Shown here: positions 37,376 through 46,000 of the stretch, one piece after another
How the letters are laid out: each line of letters opens with the position of its first letter
Position numbering within the stretch: the stretch's first letter is position 1
Origin: Parcubacteria group bacterium
GTDB taxonomy: Bacteria; Patescibacteriota; Minisyncoccia; Phycocordibacterales; UBA2135
Length of the DNA: 64,000 nt
Assembly (NCBI GenBank): GCA_016204045.1
Contig: JACQLQ010000004.1
Coordinates: 164,927-228,926, forward strand
Direction: 5' to 3'
Translations under genes and position numbers: made by a program
The notes under the pieces: generated by a model
The model's input: the letters and a program-made list of their open reading frames with translations, nothing else
What the model was told of the DNA's origin: nothing
Databases searched by the model: none

Positions 37376-37570
37376 TGCACTCTAGCGGGTTTTAGTGCGA
37401 CGGAGTGAGCCTAAACAAAAGGCTCCTGGCCATCGCAACGGAACCTTTCGGCCCCGCCCATACAGGTTTCCCCATATGACCCGCTAGAGTGACTCTGACC
37501 AGGAGTCCTTTGTTCTCTAGCGGGATTTTTGACCATGCCACCGGATTTCTCCGAGGGTTTAGGTCACCGA
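37376..37570 (-). ncRNA. C4-like (P1/P7 immI type) antisense RNA with flanking target boxes
   Basis: On - strand, CCCGCTAGAG at 37524-37515 and 37389-37380 with complement at 37489-37480. CCTAAAC at 37563-37557 with complement at 37416-37410. Closing stem 37513-37496/37432-37415. Confidence 0.75.
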
Positions 37571-37657
37571 ATCGTTATTCAGTTGTAAAAACATTTTAAC
37601 GCAAATCGACCGTTGCGTCCATGGAACCTTAGCTTAGATATCGGTCTTTGCGAAGCC

Positions 37658-37671
37658 TGAGTTACCAACAG
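37658..37671 (+). repeat. 14-bp direct repeat left of OLD gene (TGAGTTACCAACAG)
   Basis: Exact copy at 39627-39640. Confidence 0.7.
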
Positions 37672-37676
37672 GTCAT

Positions 37677-39578
37677 CTAAAATGCTTTTTGAGCAATCAC
37701 AGAGAAAAGTTTTGAAAAGTTATCTTTTGTCTCTTGCGACACAGCTATCTGCCCGGAAGACACTTTCTCATAAAACTGTCTCGAGAGGGGTGCTTTACTC
37801 GAGTCCGGTATTACACTGGAATTCAACTCTGACGATCGATAAGATTCATCTTTCTCAAGGACAAATTTGTTAAAGTCTGATTTGGCAATTAAATCTTCAA
37901 CTTGATGTCCATCTGTTTCGGAAACGAACGAAATATTTTCGTCTGTTAAAAGTAACTTCTCCTGCAAAATAGTTTTAATCTCCTTACCCTTATCGTCATT
38001 ATCCAATAAAGCATGAAAACCGAGTTTCCATCCGATGAGCAACGACACGATAGGTGGGGTATTATCAGCACCTTTGAGCGGAATAAAATGGACTTTTTCT
38101 AATTTTTTACTTGTAGATGCTGAAACAAATTTCAAGGCGGCTTGAAGATAGTAGTAATCTGAAATACCCTCCAGGATGAGATTGTGATCAGCTGCAATCG
38201 TCAATTGCTTGGTAACATCCAAGCCGATTGCAGTAATTATGGGCATAAGCGTAGTGCGGTCTGCGGCGGCATCAGAGGTCAAAGTAAAAACCTTAGTACC
38301 ACGGTTTTTTCTTTTGTCGAAATCTTTAATGACAAGACGAATACGATCAAGCCGGGCGGGATCAATCAGATAGGGAGAGTGGGTCGTTAAAACAATCTGA
38401 TTTTCCTTCGAAAGATCTGTAAGAACCTCGAGGATATCGTTCTGCGCCTGTGCGTGAACAAAGAGGCCTGGCTCATCAATTAATACGATGCTTTTATAAT
38501 CTTTGGCTTCTGCCTTAAGCAAGAGATAGAAGGCTAGAAACCACTGCAACCCCTTGCTCCTTTGTTCCATTCTGAAGGGTTCTTTTTTACCCTTTTCGTA
38601 GAAAGCAAAAACGAGCTTGTCGCCATTTAGCTCAACACGAAGGTCGATTTTATCTTGCTGCCAGCTACCTTTAAAATCCCCTTCTAGAACTGCCGATGCC
38701 TTCTTGGTATGAGCTAGTTTGTTTTGTGTTGTGATGCTGGTATCACTAAGTTTCTCGAGATCCAAACCTGAAATAGTGCAGTAACGCTTAACGCTAGTAT
38801 GTGTTTTTGCGGTGGTAAGATTAATTTCAAACGGCAGAGCATCTTCCTTATCAAAGGCTTCAAAGTAGACGAGGTTGGGTACCAGTTCCCAAATCTTTTC
38901 CTTATTTTCCTCACGTTCCTTTCCCAACAGATCGTACTCAGCTAAGGCTGCTTCTACTTTTGCTTTAAAATCTTTACCCTTCGTCTGCTGTTCAACAGAC
39001 AGTTGTGCTAAAGCTGCTTCAATTTGTGGTAAGAAAATTGTTCGCAGTTTCTCGGCATCTTGAATAGTAATCTTTTGTAAATCCTTAAGCGGATAGTTTG
39101 CAATAGGTTTCTCGTCGAACGCTGCCTTGAGTACGATAAAACCATCGCTAAGTTTTTCAATGCACTGACGTCTTTTTTTTGTTTTGTTCGTGAGCAGGAG
39201 ATCGATTACAGAACCATTGATACTATCGAACGTATAAGAATTATCGAAATGTTTTGTTATCGAAAATGGCGTAGCCAAAAGTGCTTCTTTACTGATTCCG
39301 GTCGGTAACCGGAGTCCATTTAGCAACTCGGCAAGGTCATCTTTTTCGAGTTTGAAAGTAAGAGTGATATCAGGTTCAATTCCTTCCGCCCCCATTGGAA
39401 GATCATCCTCGTCGAGGTTGGTTTCTTCCCCACGATTAAACGTCTCTAGCGCCTTGAGCAAAACGGTCTTCCCGGCCTCGTTTTTGCCAGCCAATACGGT
39501 GACATCTGAGGCAAGCTCGACATCACCGGAGTCGGCAATAGACCTAAAGTCCGTGATTTTGAACTTGAGTAGCTTCAT
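37677..39578 (-). CDS. OLD-family ATP-dependent nuclease (ABC ATPase + TOPRIM)
   Basis: FRSI, Walker A GKNEAGKT, RSKGLQW, Walker B LIDEPG..H, TTHSPYLI; TOPRIM LEG.SD and DND. Confidence 0.92.
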   Translation of the reverse strand: MKLLKFKITDFRSIADSGDVELASDVTVLAGKNEAGKTVLLKALETFNRGEETNLDEDDLPMGAEGIEPDITLTFKLEKDDLAELLNGLRLPTGISKEALLATPFSITKHFDNSYTFDSINGSVIDLLLTNKTKKRRQCIEKLSDGFIVLKAAFDEKPIANYPLKDLQKITIQDAEKLRTIFLPQIEAALAQLSVEQQTKGKDFKAKVEAALAEYDLLGKEREENKEKIWELVPNLVYFEAFDKEDALPFEINLTTAKTHTSVKRYCTISGLDLEKLSDTSITTQNKLAHTKKASAVLEGDFKGSWQQDKIDLRVELNGDKLVFAFYEKGKKEPFRMEQRSKGLQWFLAFYLLLKAEAKDYKSIVLIDEPGLFVHAQAQNDILEVLTDLSKENQIVLTTHSPYLIDPARLDRIRLVIKDFDKRKNRGTKVFTLTSDAAADRTTLMPIITAIGLDVTKQLTIAADHNLILEGISDYYYLQAALKFVSASTSKKLEKVHFIPLKGADNTPPIVSLLIGWKLGFHALLDNDDKGKEIKTILQEKLLLTDENISFVSETDGHQVEDLIAKSDFNKFVLEKDESYRSSELNSSVIPDSSKAPLSRQFYEKVSSGQIAVSQETKDNFSKLFSVIAQKAF

Positions 39579-39626
39579 GGAAATATCCAGTATGTTAGCA
39601 CTTTTTTGAGAAAAATGAAGGGCCTA

Positions 39627-39640
39627 TGAGTTACCAACAG
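39627..39640 (+). repeat. 14-bp direct repeat right of OLD gene
   Basis: Exact copy of 37658-37671. Confidence 0.7.
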
Positions 39641-39684
39641 CTAGATCTGGACTTCCCCAGCCAGGGCGTCATTGATGTTGATAT

Positions 39685-41427
39685 ATGAGAAAAGCGGCAT
39701 TATACGCCCGTGTGAGCACGGCGCTTCAAGAAAAAGAAAAAACAATTGAGAGCCAAATCGCTGAACTAAAAAAACAGATACAAGTGGCTGGAAATGTTCT
39801 CGTTAAAGAATATGTTGATAATGGACACAGTGGAGCATATCTTGATCGACCCGCTCTTGATGAGCTACGTGCGGCACTCAAGACAGATAGCTTTGATGCT
39901 GTCTACTTTCATTCAACCGATCGTATAGCGCGAGATGTAATGCACCAAAATATTATCATTAGTGAACTTATCAACAACAAAAAACAAATCGTTATCAACG
40001 GAATAGATTATGAGAAAAATCCTGAAAATGAGTTCTCTCTTACGGTGCTTGGAGCTGTCTCTCAATTCGAGCGAGCAAAAATCATGGAACGAACGCGACG
40101 AGGGTGGTTACATCGTCTACGCCAAGGCCAGCTTGTCTCTCAAGGCCGGGGAACGTACGGGTATGATTACATGCGCAAGACTCCAACCAGTCCTCCAGCG
40201 CTTGTCATAAACGAAGAACAAGCTAAAACAGTGCGTTATATATTTGAACAGTATGCAAACAATTTGAAGGGTGTTTGTGCAATCTCACGTTCGCTCGAGC
40301 AAAAAAATATTCGTACTTGTAGGGGAAAGAATTTGTGGAATAGAGAAATATTAATTCGGATGCTTCAAAACAAGACATATATTGGTACGCGTTATTTCAA
40401 CACACGTACTCGAGAAAAAACCGCAGACGGAACACGCAAAAAGAATTGGAAGATCGTTTATCGTGACCAATCGGAATGGATCGCTGTAAAAGTACCTACG
40501 ATTGTATCGCAAGATCTTTTCGATAAAGCACAGGAGAGGATTAAAAAATCTCGCGAACGATACTGCCAACCTGATGTTATATTTCTCTTGCGTGGGTTAG
40601 TAGTATGTGGGGAATGCGGCCGTAGGTACTGTTCATGTCGCTGGTATGAGAAAAGAAAGCTTCAAACAGGAGAACTGCGAGTGGTCCACTGGGCCGCATA
40701 CCGATGCAATTCAGGGTCTAGTCTTGCACAGCATGATATCTCCAAACTTAAACGTTGTCGCAACCCTCGAATTTCAACTCACATCCTTGATGACAAGATC
40801 ATGGTGATGATCCAAAATATTATGCTGGATCCTAAAAAACTTTCTCTCTGTATGGAACGAGGCGGGCATGAACCAGATGTAAATGCCGCACGAGAAATCG
40901 CACGTATTGCACGGCGAGCAAAGCTACTCGACAATCAAAGACGACAAATAATTGATAACTATGCACACGGACGCATAGGAACTGAAAAGTATATAAAGAG
41001 AAACCAAGCGCTTGATACTGAGCTTAATCGGCTCACAGACAAAAAAAGAGAGCTTACTAACGCGGTATATACCCAAAGCGGCTTCGCTGAAAAAAGTATC
41101 CAACAATTCTGCGCAAATGCACGAATGGAATTTGTAACCTGTAATGATTTCGACACGAAGCGAAAATTTCTACGCGACCATATTGAGAAGATAATTTTTA
41201 ACCGTGATAGAGTGACCATCATTGGTTCTGTCCCTGCTAAAAATGCGCCAGAAAATACCCCATTGTCCTTTCGGATAGAGGATGAGATTGATAGAAAAGC
41301 AATACGATCAAAAACAGGACGTAAAAATGCTTTAAATTGGCCGAAGAAACGCGCAACATGGAGAGCGGTATTCTCTGAGACTTCAAGTAAGGTAATGGAA
41401 ACCAGACGAAAGCGTAGAGCCGGCTAA
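39685..41427 (+). CDS. Large serine recombinase (integrase)
   Basis: YARVST..Q, D.G.SG...DRP, DRIAR, FER.KI.ER, YGY, Zn ribbon LRGLVVCGECG...YRC...C, coiled coil. Confidence 0.95.
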   Translation: MRKAALYARVSTALQEKEKTIESQIAELKKQIQVAGNVLVKEYVDNGHSGAYLDRPALDELRAALKTDSFDAVYFHSTDRIARDVMHQNIIISELINNKKQIVINGIDYEKNPENEFSLTVLGAVSQFERAKIMERTRRGWLHRLRQGQLVSQGRGTYGYDYMRKTPTSPPALVINEEQAKTVRYIFEQYANNLKGVCAISRSLEQKNIRTCRGKNLWNREILIRMLQNKTYIGTRYFNTRTREKTADGTRKKNWKIVYRDQSEWIAVKVPTIVSQDLFDKAQERIKKSRERYCQPDVIFLLRGLVVCGECGRRYCSCRWYEKRKLQTGELRVVHWAAYRCNSGSSLAQHDISKLKRCRNPRISTHILDDKIMVMIQNIMLDPKKLSLCMERGGHEPDVNAAREIARIARRAKLLDNQRRQIIDNYAHGRIGTEKYIKRNQALDTELNRLTDKKRELTNAVYTQSGFAEKSIQQFCANARMEFVTCNDFDTKRKFLRDHIEKIIFNRDRVTIIGSVPAKNAPENTPLSFRIEDEIDRKAIRSKTGRKNALNWPKKRATWRAVFSETSSKVMETRRKRRAG

Positions 41428-41597
41428 GTCTATAATAAGATACTAAAAATACTTTTTATCGGAGGGAACTTGAAATGGTTTTTTTATTATTTCGTGAGTT
41501 CGGCCTTCCTCGTTTCCCCCACTTAGGGCATGCAGGAGATGAAATTTGAAACACGTGTGCTTTTTTGCGTCGGCCGAGCTAAATGATTTGTCGTGCG

Positions 41598-42686
41598 TCA
41601 TTGTTCAATCTCATATTCAAGATCCAGTATCCAGGGTTTATAAGGAGGATTATCATTATTGTTCACATTTTTATTGCGCTGCAAGACACTTTTATGAACA
41701 ACGGGTTTATCTTTTCTATTTGAATCCCAAGAACGTTGTTTCTTGTGATAAGATGAGTTAACCAAACCATTACGTGAATTGTGCATATAACCATTCACGT
41801 CGCCGTTAATAGAAAGAGAATTTTCAGGATTTATATGAAGACCGTGATTAACAGCCTTCTTCTTCATCCAGACAAGCGGAATGTCTGATAATTCCTGTTC
41901 ATCATAACCACCACCAACATCGGTATGCATTCCACAGAACCATACTTGCTTAATGGTTTGGTGTGGCAAAACATCTGGGTCCCACAAAATAGGATGAAAA
42001 GTTTTTCGTTCATCATCAATTGCTAATGCCTGATAGGCATTTTCAACAGATTCACTCAATTTAAAATCATGGAATTTATACTGAAGTCCGTAGATACTAC
42101 CAAGAGATTTTTTCTGAAATCTGGCTTTCGCCTTAATAATCATCTCAATAAATACATTAACTAGTGTAGTTTTTAGGTCAGTCAATTCATCTGGTAGACC
42201 CAGCGCATCAACGGTATCATAGCAACCGAGAAATTTAATTCTTGTCCGTATTGTGTGTTGTGTGGATAGAAACTTTTTTACTTCGATTTTACGCTTAGAT
42301 TCGTCTTCATATTCATAGATTTCATAAGCTTTCTCTACCAGATTAGGGCGAGATTCGGGTATTATGCCAAAGTAGTGAATAAAACTTGATAGGCTGCGAA
42401 CTGTCGCGGCACCACGACTAAAACCAAACAAATAGATCTGGTCACCTTCTTTAAAGTTTTTGGAAATAAATGTGTAGCAATCCAAAATGTTTTTTGACAT
42501 ACCCGCACCGACAACGTTGCCAGCAACCCTTTGCCCCCAGTTAGTACCTAATCCTGGATCATAGAATGAAACCTGTCGTGAGGTAGAATTTTCAATTATA
42601 TTGAATAGCTTATAAATATTTGTACTCGGTCCCTTGCCACCTTTCTGCCCCGTACCGTCAGAAAATATCACAATATTTTTGGGCAT
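41598..42686 (-). CDS. DUF2235 / Tle1-like alpha/beta hydrolase
   Basis: IVIFSDGT, TNIYKL, YDPGLGT, GFSRGA, FLGCYDTV, IDDER, WF.G.HTDVGGG. Confidence 0.92.
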   Translation of the reverse strand: MPKNIVIFSDGTGQKGGKGPSTNIYKLFNIIENSTSRQVSFYDPGLGTNWGQRVAGNVVGAGMSKNILDCYTFISKNFKEGDQIYLFGFSRGAATVRSLSSFIHYFGIIPESRPNLVEKAYEIYEYEDESKRKIEVKKFLSTQHTIRTRIKFLGCYDTVDALGLPDELTDLKTTLVNVFIEMIIKAKARFQKKSLGSIYGLQYKFHDFKLSESVENAYQALAIDDERKTFHPILWDPDVLPHQTIKQVWFCGMHTDVGGGYDEQELSDIPLVWMKKKAVNHGLHINPENSLSINGDVNGYMHNSRNGLVNSSYHKKQRSWDSNRKDKPVVHKSVLQRNKNVNNNDNPPYKPWILDLEYEIEQ

Positions 42687-42703
42687 ATTATTTTTACTTA
42701 TGG

Positions 42704-42723
42704 AATTGGGAACAGTCACGATT
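42704..42723 (-). repeat. Third, inverted copy of the 19-bp site (AATCGTGACTGTTCCCAATT)
   Basis: 17/19 identity to 32209-32227; 4 bp after immunity stop codon. Confidence 0.75.
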
Positions 42724-42727
42724 ATCT

Positions 42728-42976
42728 CTAACTAATGAGTGAATATATTGCTGCTGCTATGAACGCAACACCAACCACTATCCATCCTATAGTTCTTACA
42801 TATCTTTCGGTGTTAATTTCTTGTTTAGAGATACTCTCGTATTCTTTATCGATATTTGTACCGGGCATTTGCTCCCCCCTCAAAAAGTGTTTTTTTGACA
42901 CCATTCGAACAACACCCTGGTATATTAGGTAGCTTCCAATGAGGATTAGGAAGATTTCGAAGATTATACTTGTCAT
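42728..42976 (-). CDS. Small 2-TM protein, probable immunity protein of the large RHS
   Basis: Directly downstream of RHS C-terminus; AT-rich; two TM helices. Confidence 0.7.
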   Translation of the reverse strand: MTSIIFEIFLILIGSYLIYQGVVRMVSKKHFLRGEQMPGTNIDKEYESISKQEINTERYVRTIGWIVVGVAFIAAAIYSLIS

Positions 42977-43015
42977 ATTATCTTTGGTTTGTATTTGTAC
43001 AAATATTTTGAATGA

Positions 43016-46000
43016 TTATTCTTCTTCATTATCTTCGTTATTATCTGACGATGGTGCTGTAATAATATTACCATGCCAATCTACAACAGCGCCACTTGGT
43101 GTTGTGTAGGTTTGTTTTGTTGGATCTGTCATTGGTGCTTGCTGTGGTATCTGTACCTGCCCCTCAAAGACACTGATCAATATTTGTCCAACATCAAAAA
43201 GTGTTCTTTGGTATTTATTAACTTGAGTTTTCGCAAATTCAACTGCCGCATCAAGCCCTAATACACCCTTAGAATTATCATCAAAATCTGACTTGTAACC
43301 CTCAACAACATCTTTTACTGTTAACAGATTTGAGGTACCGCTTATTATTTTCCGAGCTGCTTCTCTAGTAGCAGGTGACAGTAAGAATTGAAGGACCCTC
43401 TGGGCAATCTGAGCAACAACTTCACCGCTGGGGTCACTCATAGTTATCGGATTATTCCCAGAATAACTATATGAATTTAAGAGTTGCGGATTTGAAAGTA
43501 CTGCCTCTCTGTTAATTTCTCCCGGTTTTTTATTAACCGTCAGAATATATTCCAACATCGGTTTCATCATCGCAACATCTCGCGCTACTGGATCCTGGCT
43601 CATAAACTGACCTCTTGAGTTTTGATAATATCGTGCGTTCAAATAATTCAACGAAGTTTCAGTGTCAAAGCGCTCTCCTATGTAATGCCGGTCGGTTGCA
43701 TTGGAGCCAGTAGAAACTCTTTCAGATCCGTAAGGATAGTAATCTAATGCTTGTGTGACATCACCATCTTCATCGGTTGTAATCGTCGTTGAGTTTAAGT
43801 GATCAGCGTGTGAGAAATTGGTTGAGGTTGCAGTGCCATTTCCTTCGACAGTGGCGAGCAATGTCCCGCTGGTATCAAAGATATGTTTGGTGGTTGTTGC
43901 AGAAGCCACCGTGTAATAGCTACCCACGTACGTCGTCGTCGCTGTCCCATTTCCTTTGGTGACCCTGTCATTCTGGAAATCATACCCATAGAACGTCGTT
44001 ATACCTCCCACCGTCGACGACGCCATCCTGTCTCTGTAATTCCAACCATAAATATCTGAACCGAAGAAGATCACATTCCCGTTGTTGTCGTAGGTTACAC
44101 TTACTCCGCCAATCGAAGTCGCCGCATGCGGATTCGCATAGTTCGTCTCGGCGTAGGTGTAGTCCCCCAACCTGGAAGTTGTCGCTATGTTCCCAATACG
44201 GTCGTAGGTGAATGTTTGTCGGTAACCGCCATCAACAGGGACGGTCGTTGAGGCCGTGAGGAGCCGGTAGAGATCGTCGTAGGTGTAGTTCACCACCTTT
44301 CCCCCACCGAAGCCGGAGAGGTCTTTGACTTGGGTAATGTTGCCGGCAGTGTCGTAGGTATACGTCAGCGCTTGCAGTGCGTTGTGCGCCGCCGTCGTCG
44401 TTCCTACGTTGTTTATTGCCACGTTAATCCTACAGAGACACGGTGTGCCGGTTGCGGAGTAGGACGGTGTCAGCTCGACCTTGAGCCACAGGAACTTGCC
44501 GTAGAGATTGGAACCTGCCGTAACACCCGGGATTGACGTGGTTGACGTCGCAATGGCGGTGGTGAAGTCGCTCGCCGCCGGGGTTGTGGTGGACGAGGTG
44601 ATGAGGGTCTTTACCTTTACGTCGGCGCCGTTTCTGGCGCAGACACAATACTCAATGAAGCTGTCTTCAACGTTCGTGATGGGAGAAAGGTCCCAGGGGT
44701 CAGAGATCCAGTAGCCGGCTTGGTATTGCGGAGTAGAGGTCGAGCCGAAGTTGTAGAGTTTGAGATACTTTGCCGGTGTTGTAGTGGCAAGCGAAGGGCC
44801 GCCGACAGTTGTGGAGGCATGTGTGCCATCCGCGTCATACGTCCGAAGTGGCCACGCCCTCTGGTCTCCCTTATACGTCGGCATAGACATGGTGAGGTCG
44901 CCCGTGTAGAAGCGGTAGCGGTCGCCGTAGTAGACAGCGGTGGACGAAGTCGACATGAATGCCTGAAAACTATAGTCCTTGAAGTCCTGGAGGCCTAAGA
45001 GGGAGATGGAGAACGGCCCCGTTGAGGTCGCGGCCATGGTCGTTGTCGTCGCGGTCCAAGGGTCATCATTATCAAGGAGAAGCCCGTAGCGGAAACCGAC
45101 GGTGACGGTCGAGGTTGTGGCCGTCCCCATGAGGTTAATGAGGTTCCCCACAAGGTCAGCGCCGTCTTGTTGGACGTTTGTCGAACCCATGGTAAGAACA
45201 GGGTTTTTCCCGCTAAAGGGTGTCGTGGTGCCAACAAGAGTCGTGATGGTGGAGAGCCGGTACAGCGCGTGCTCGTCGTAGTCATACAGCGACGTGTCGC
45301 CGTTACCAAAGTGACGCGCGGTGACGCTCTCTCCGGGGTTGTAGTTTGCGTTGTGGAGAACGAAACGCGAAAGGGTTGAGGTCGAGGTCGGGAGAAGGTC
45401 CACTGACTCAAGGAGCCCCGCGGCGTTAAAGCGATACGAGGCGGTTGCGGCGTCGGGGTAGACGATACTCGTCATATTCCCCTGCCGATCGTAGGCAAAG
45501 GAGGTCAGATAGCGCGTGCTATTGATTGTCTTCTCCTCGCTTGCTATGTTCCCCAGCGCATCATAGACAAAGTTTGCCGCGGCCGCGGTCGTAGTGGCAG
45601 AGCAGAGGCGCCCGATGCCCTCGGGACAGGTGTCGTACGCGAAAGCGACTTCGGTCCCCGCCTCGAGTGTGTAGTTCTCGGTCAATACTCGGTTAATGTC
45701 GTCGTAGGTGAAGTTCACCGTCTGGTTTTTGCCGTCTATCTTTGTCGTGACGTTCCCTGCCGCATCGTAGAGAAGTGTTGTTGATGCAAAGCCGGTGTCC
45801 GCCGCATCATGCAAGTCCTCTGACTTGGTGAGGCGGGAGAGGTTGTCGTAGGTGAAGTTGCGCAAGTTTCCAAGCGAATCGGTAATCTTGGTGAGGTCGT
45901 TCCGCGCATTGTATTCATAGGTGGTGGTGTACTGGCTCCCGTCGTCATGCTCTATCACGGTTTTGAGGTTCCCGAATGCGTCATTCGTGAATTGCTTCGT

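Noticed and set aside
37677-39578. Gabija or retron system
   Set aside because: No UvrD helicase or reverse transcriptase adjacent
41495-41580. AGTTCGGCC/GGCCGAGCT inverted repeat as attC or att site
   Set aside because: Short and imperfect; no RYYYAAC/GTTRRRY boxes or matching partner site found
34264-43930. Duplicated RHS segment as a DGR template/variable repeat pair
   Set aside because: No reverse transcriptase in the window; differences are not adenine-specific and many are synonymous third positions
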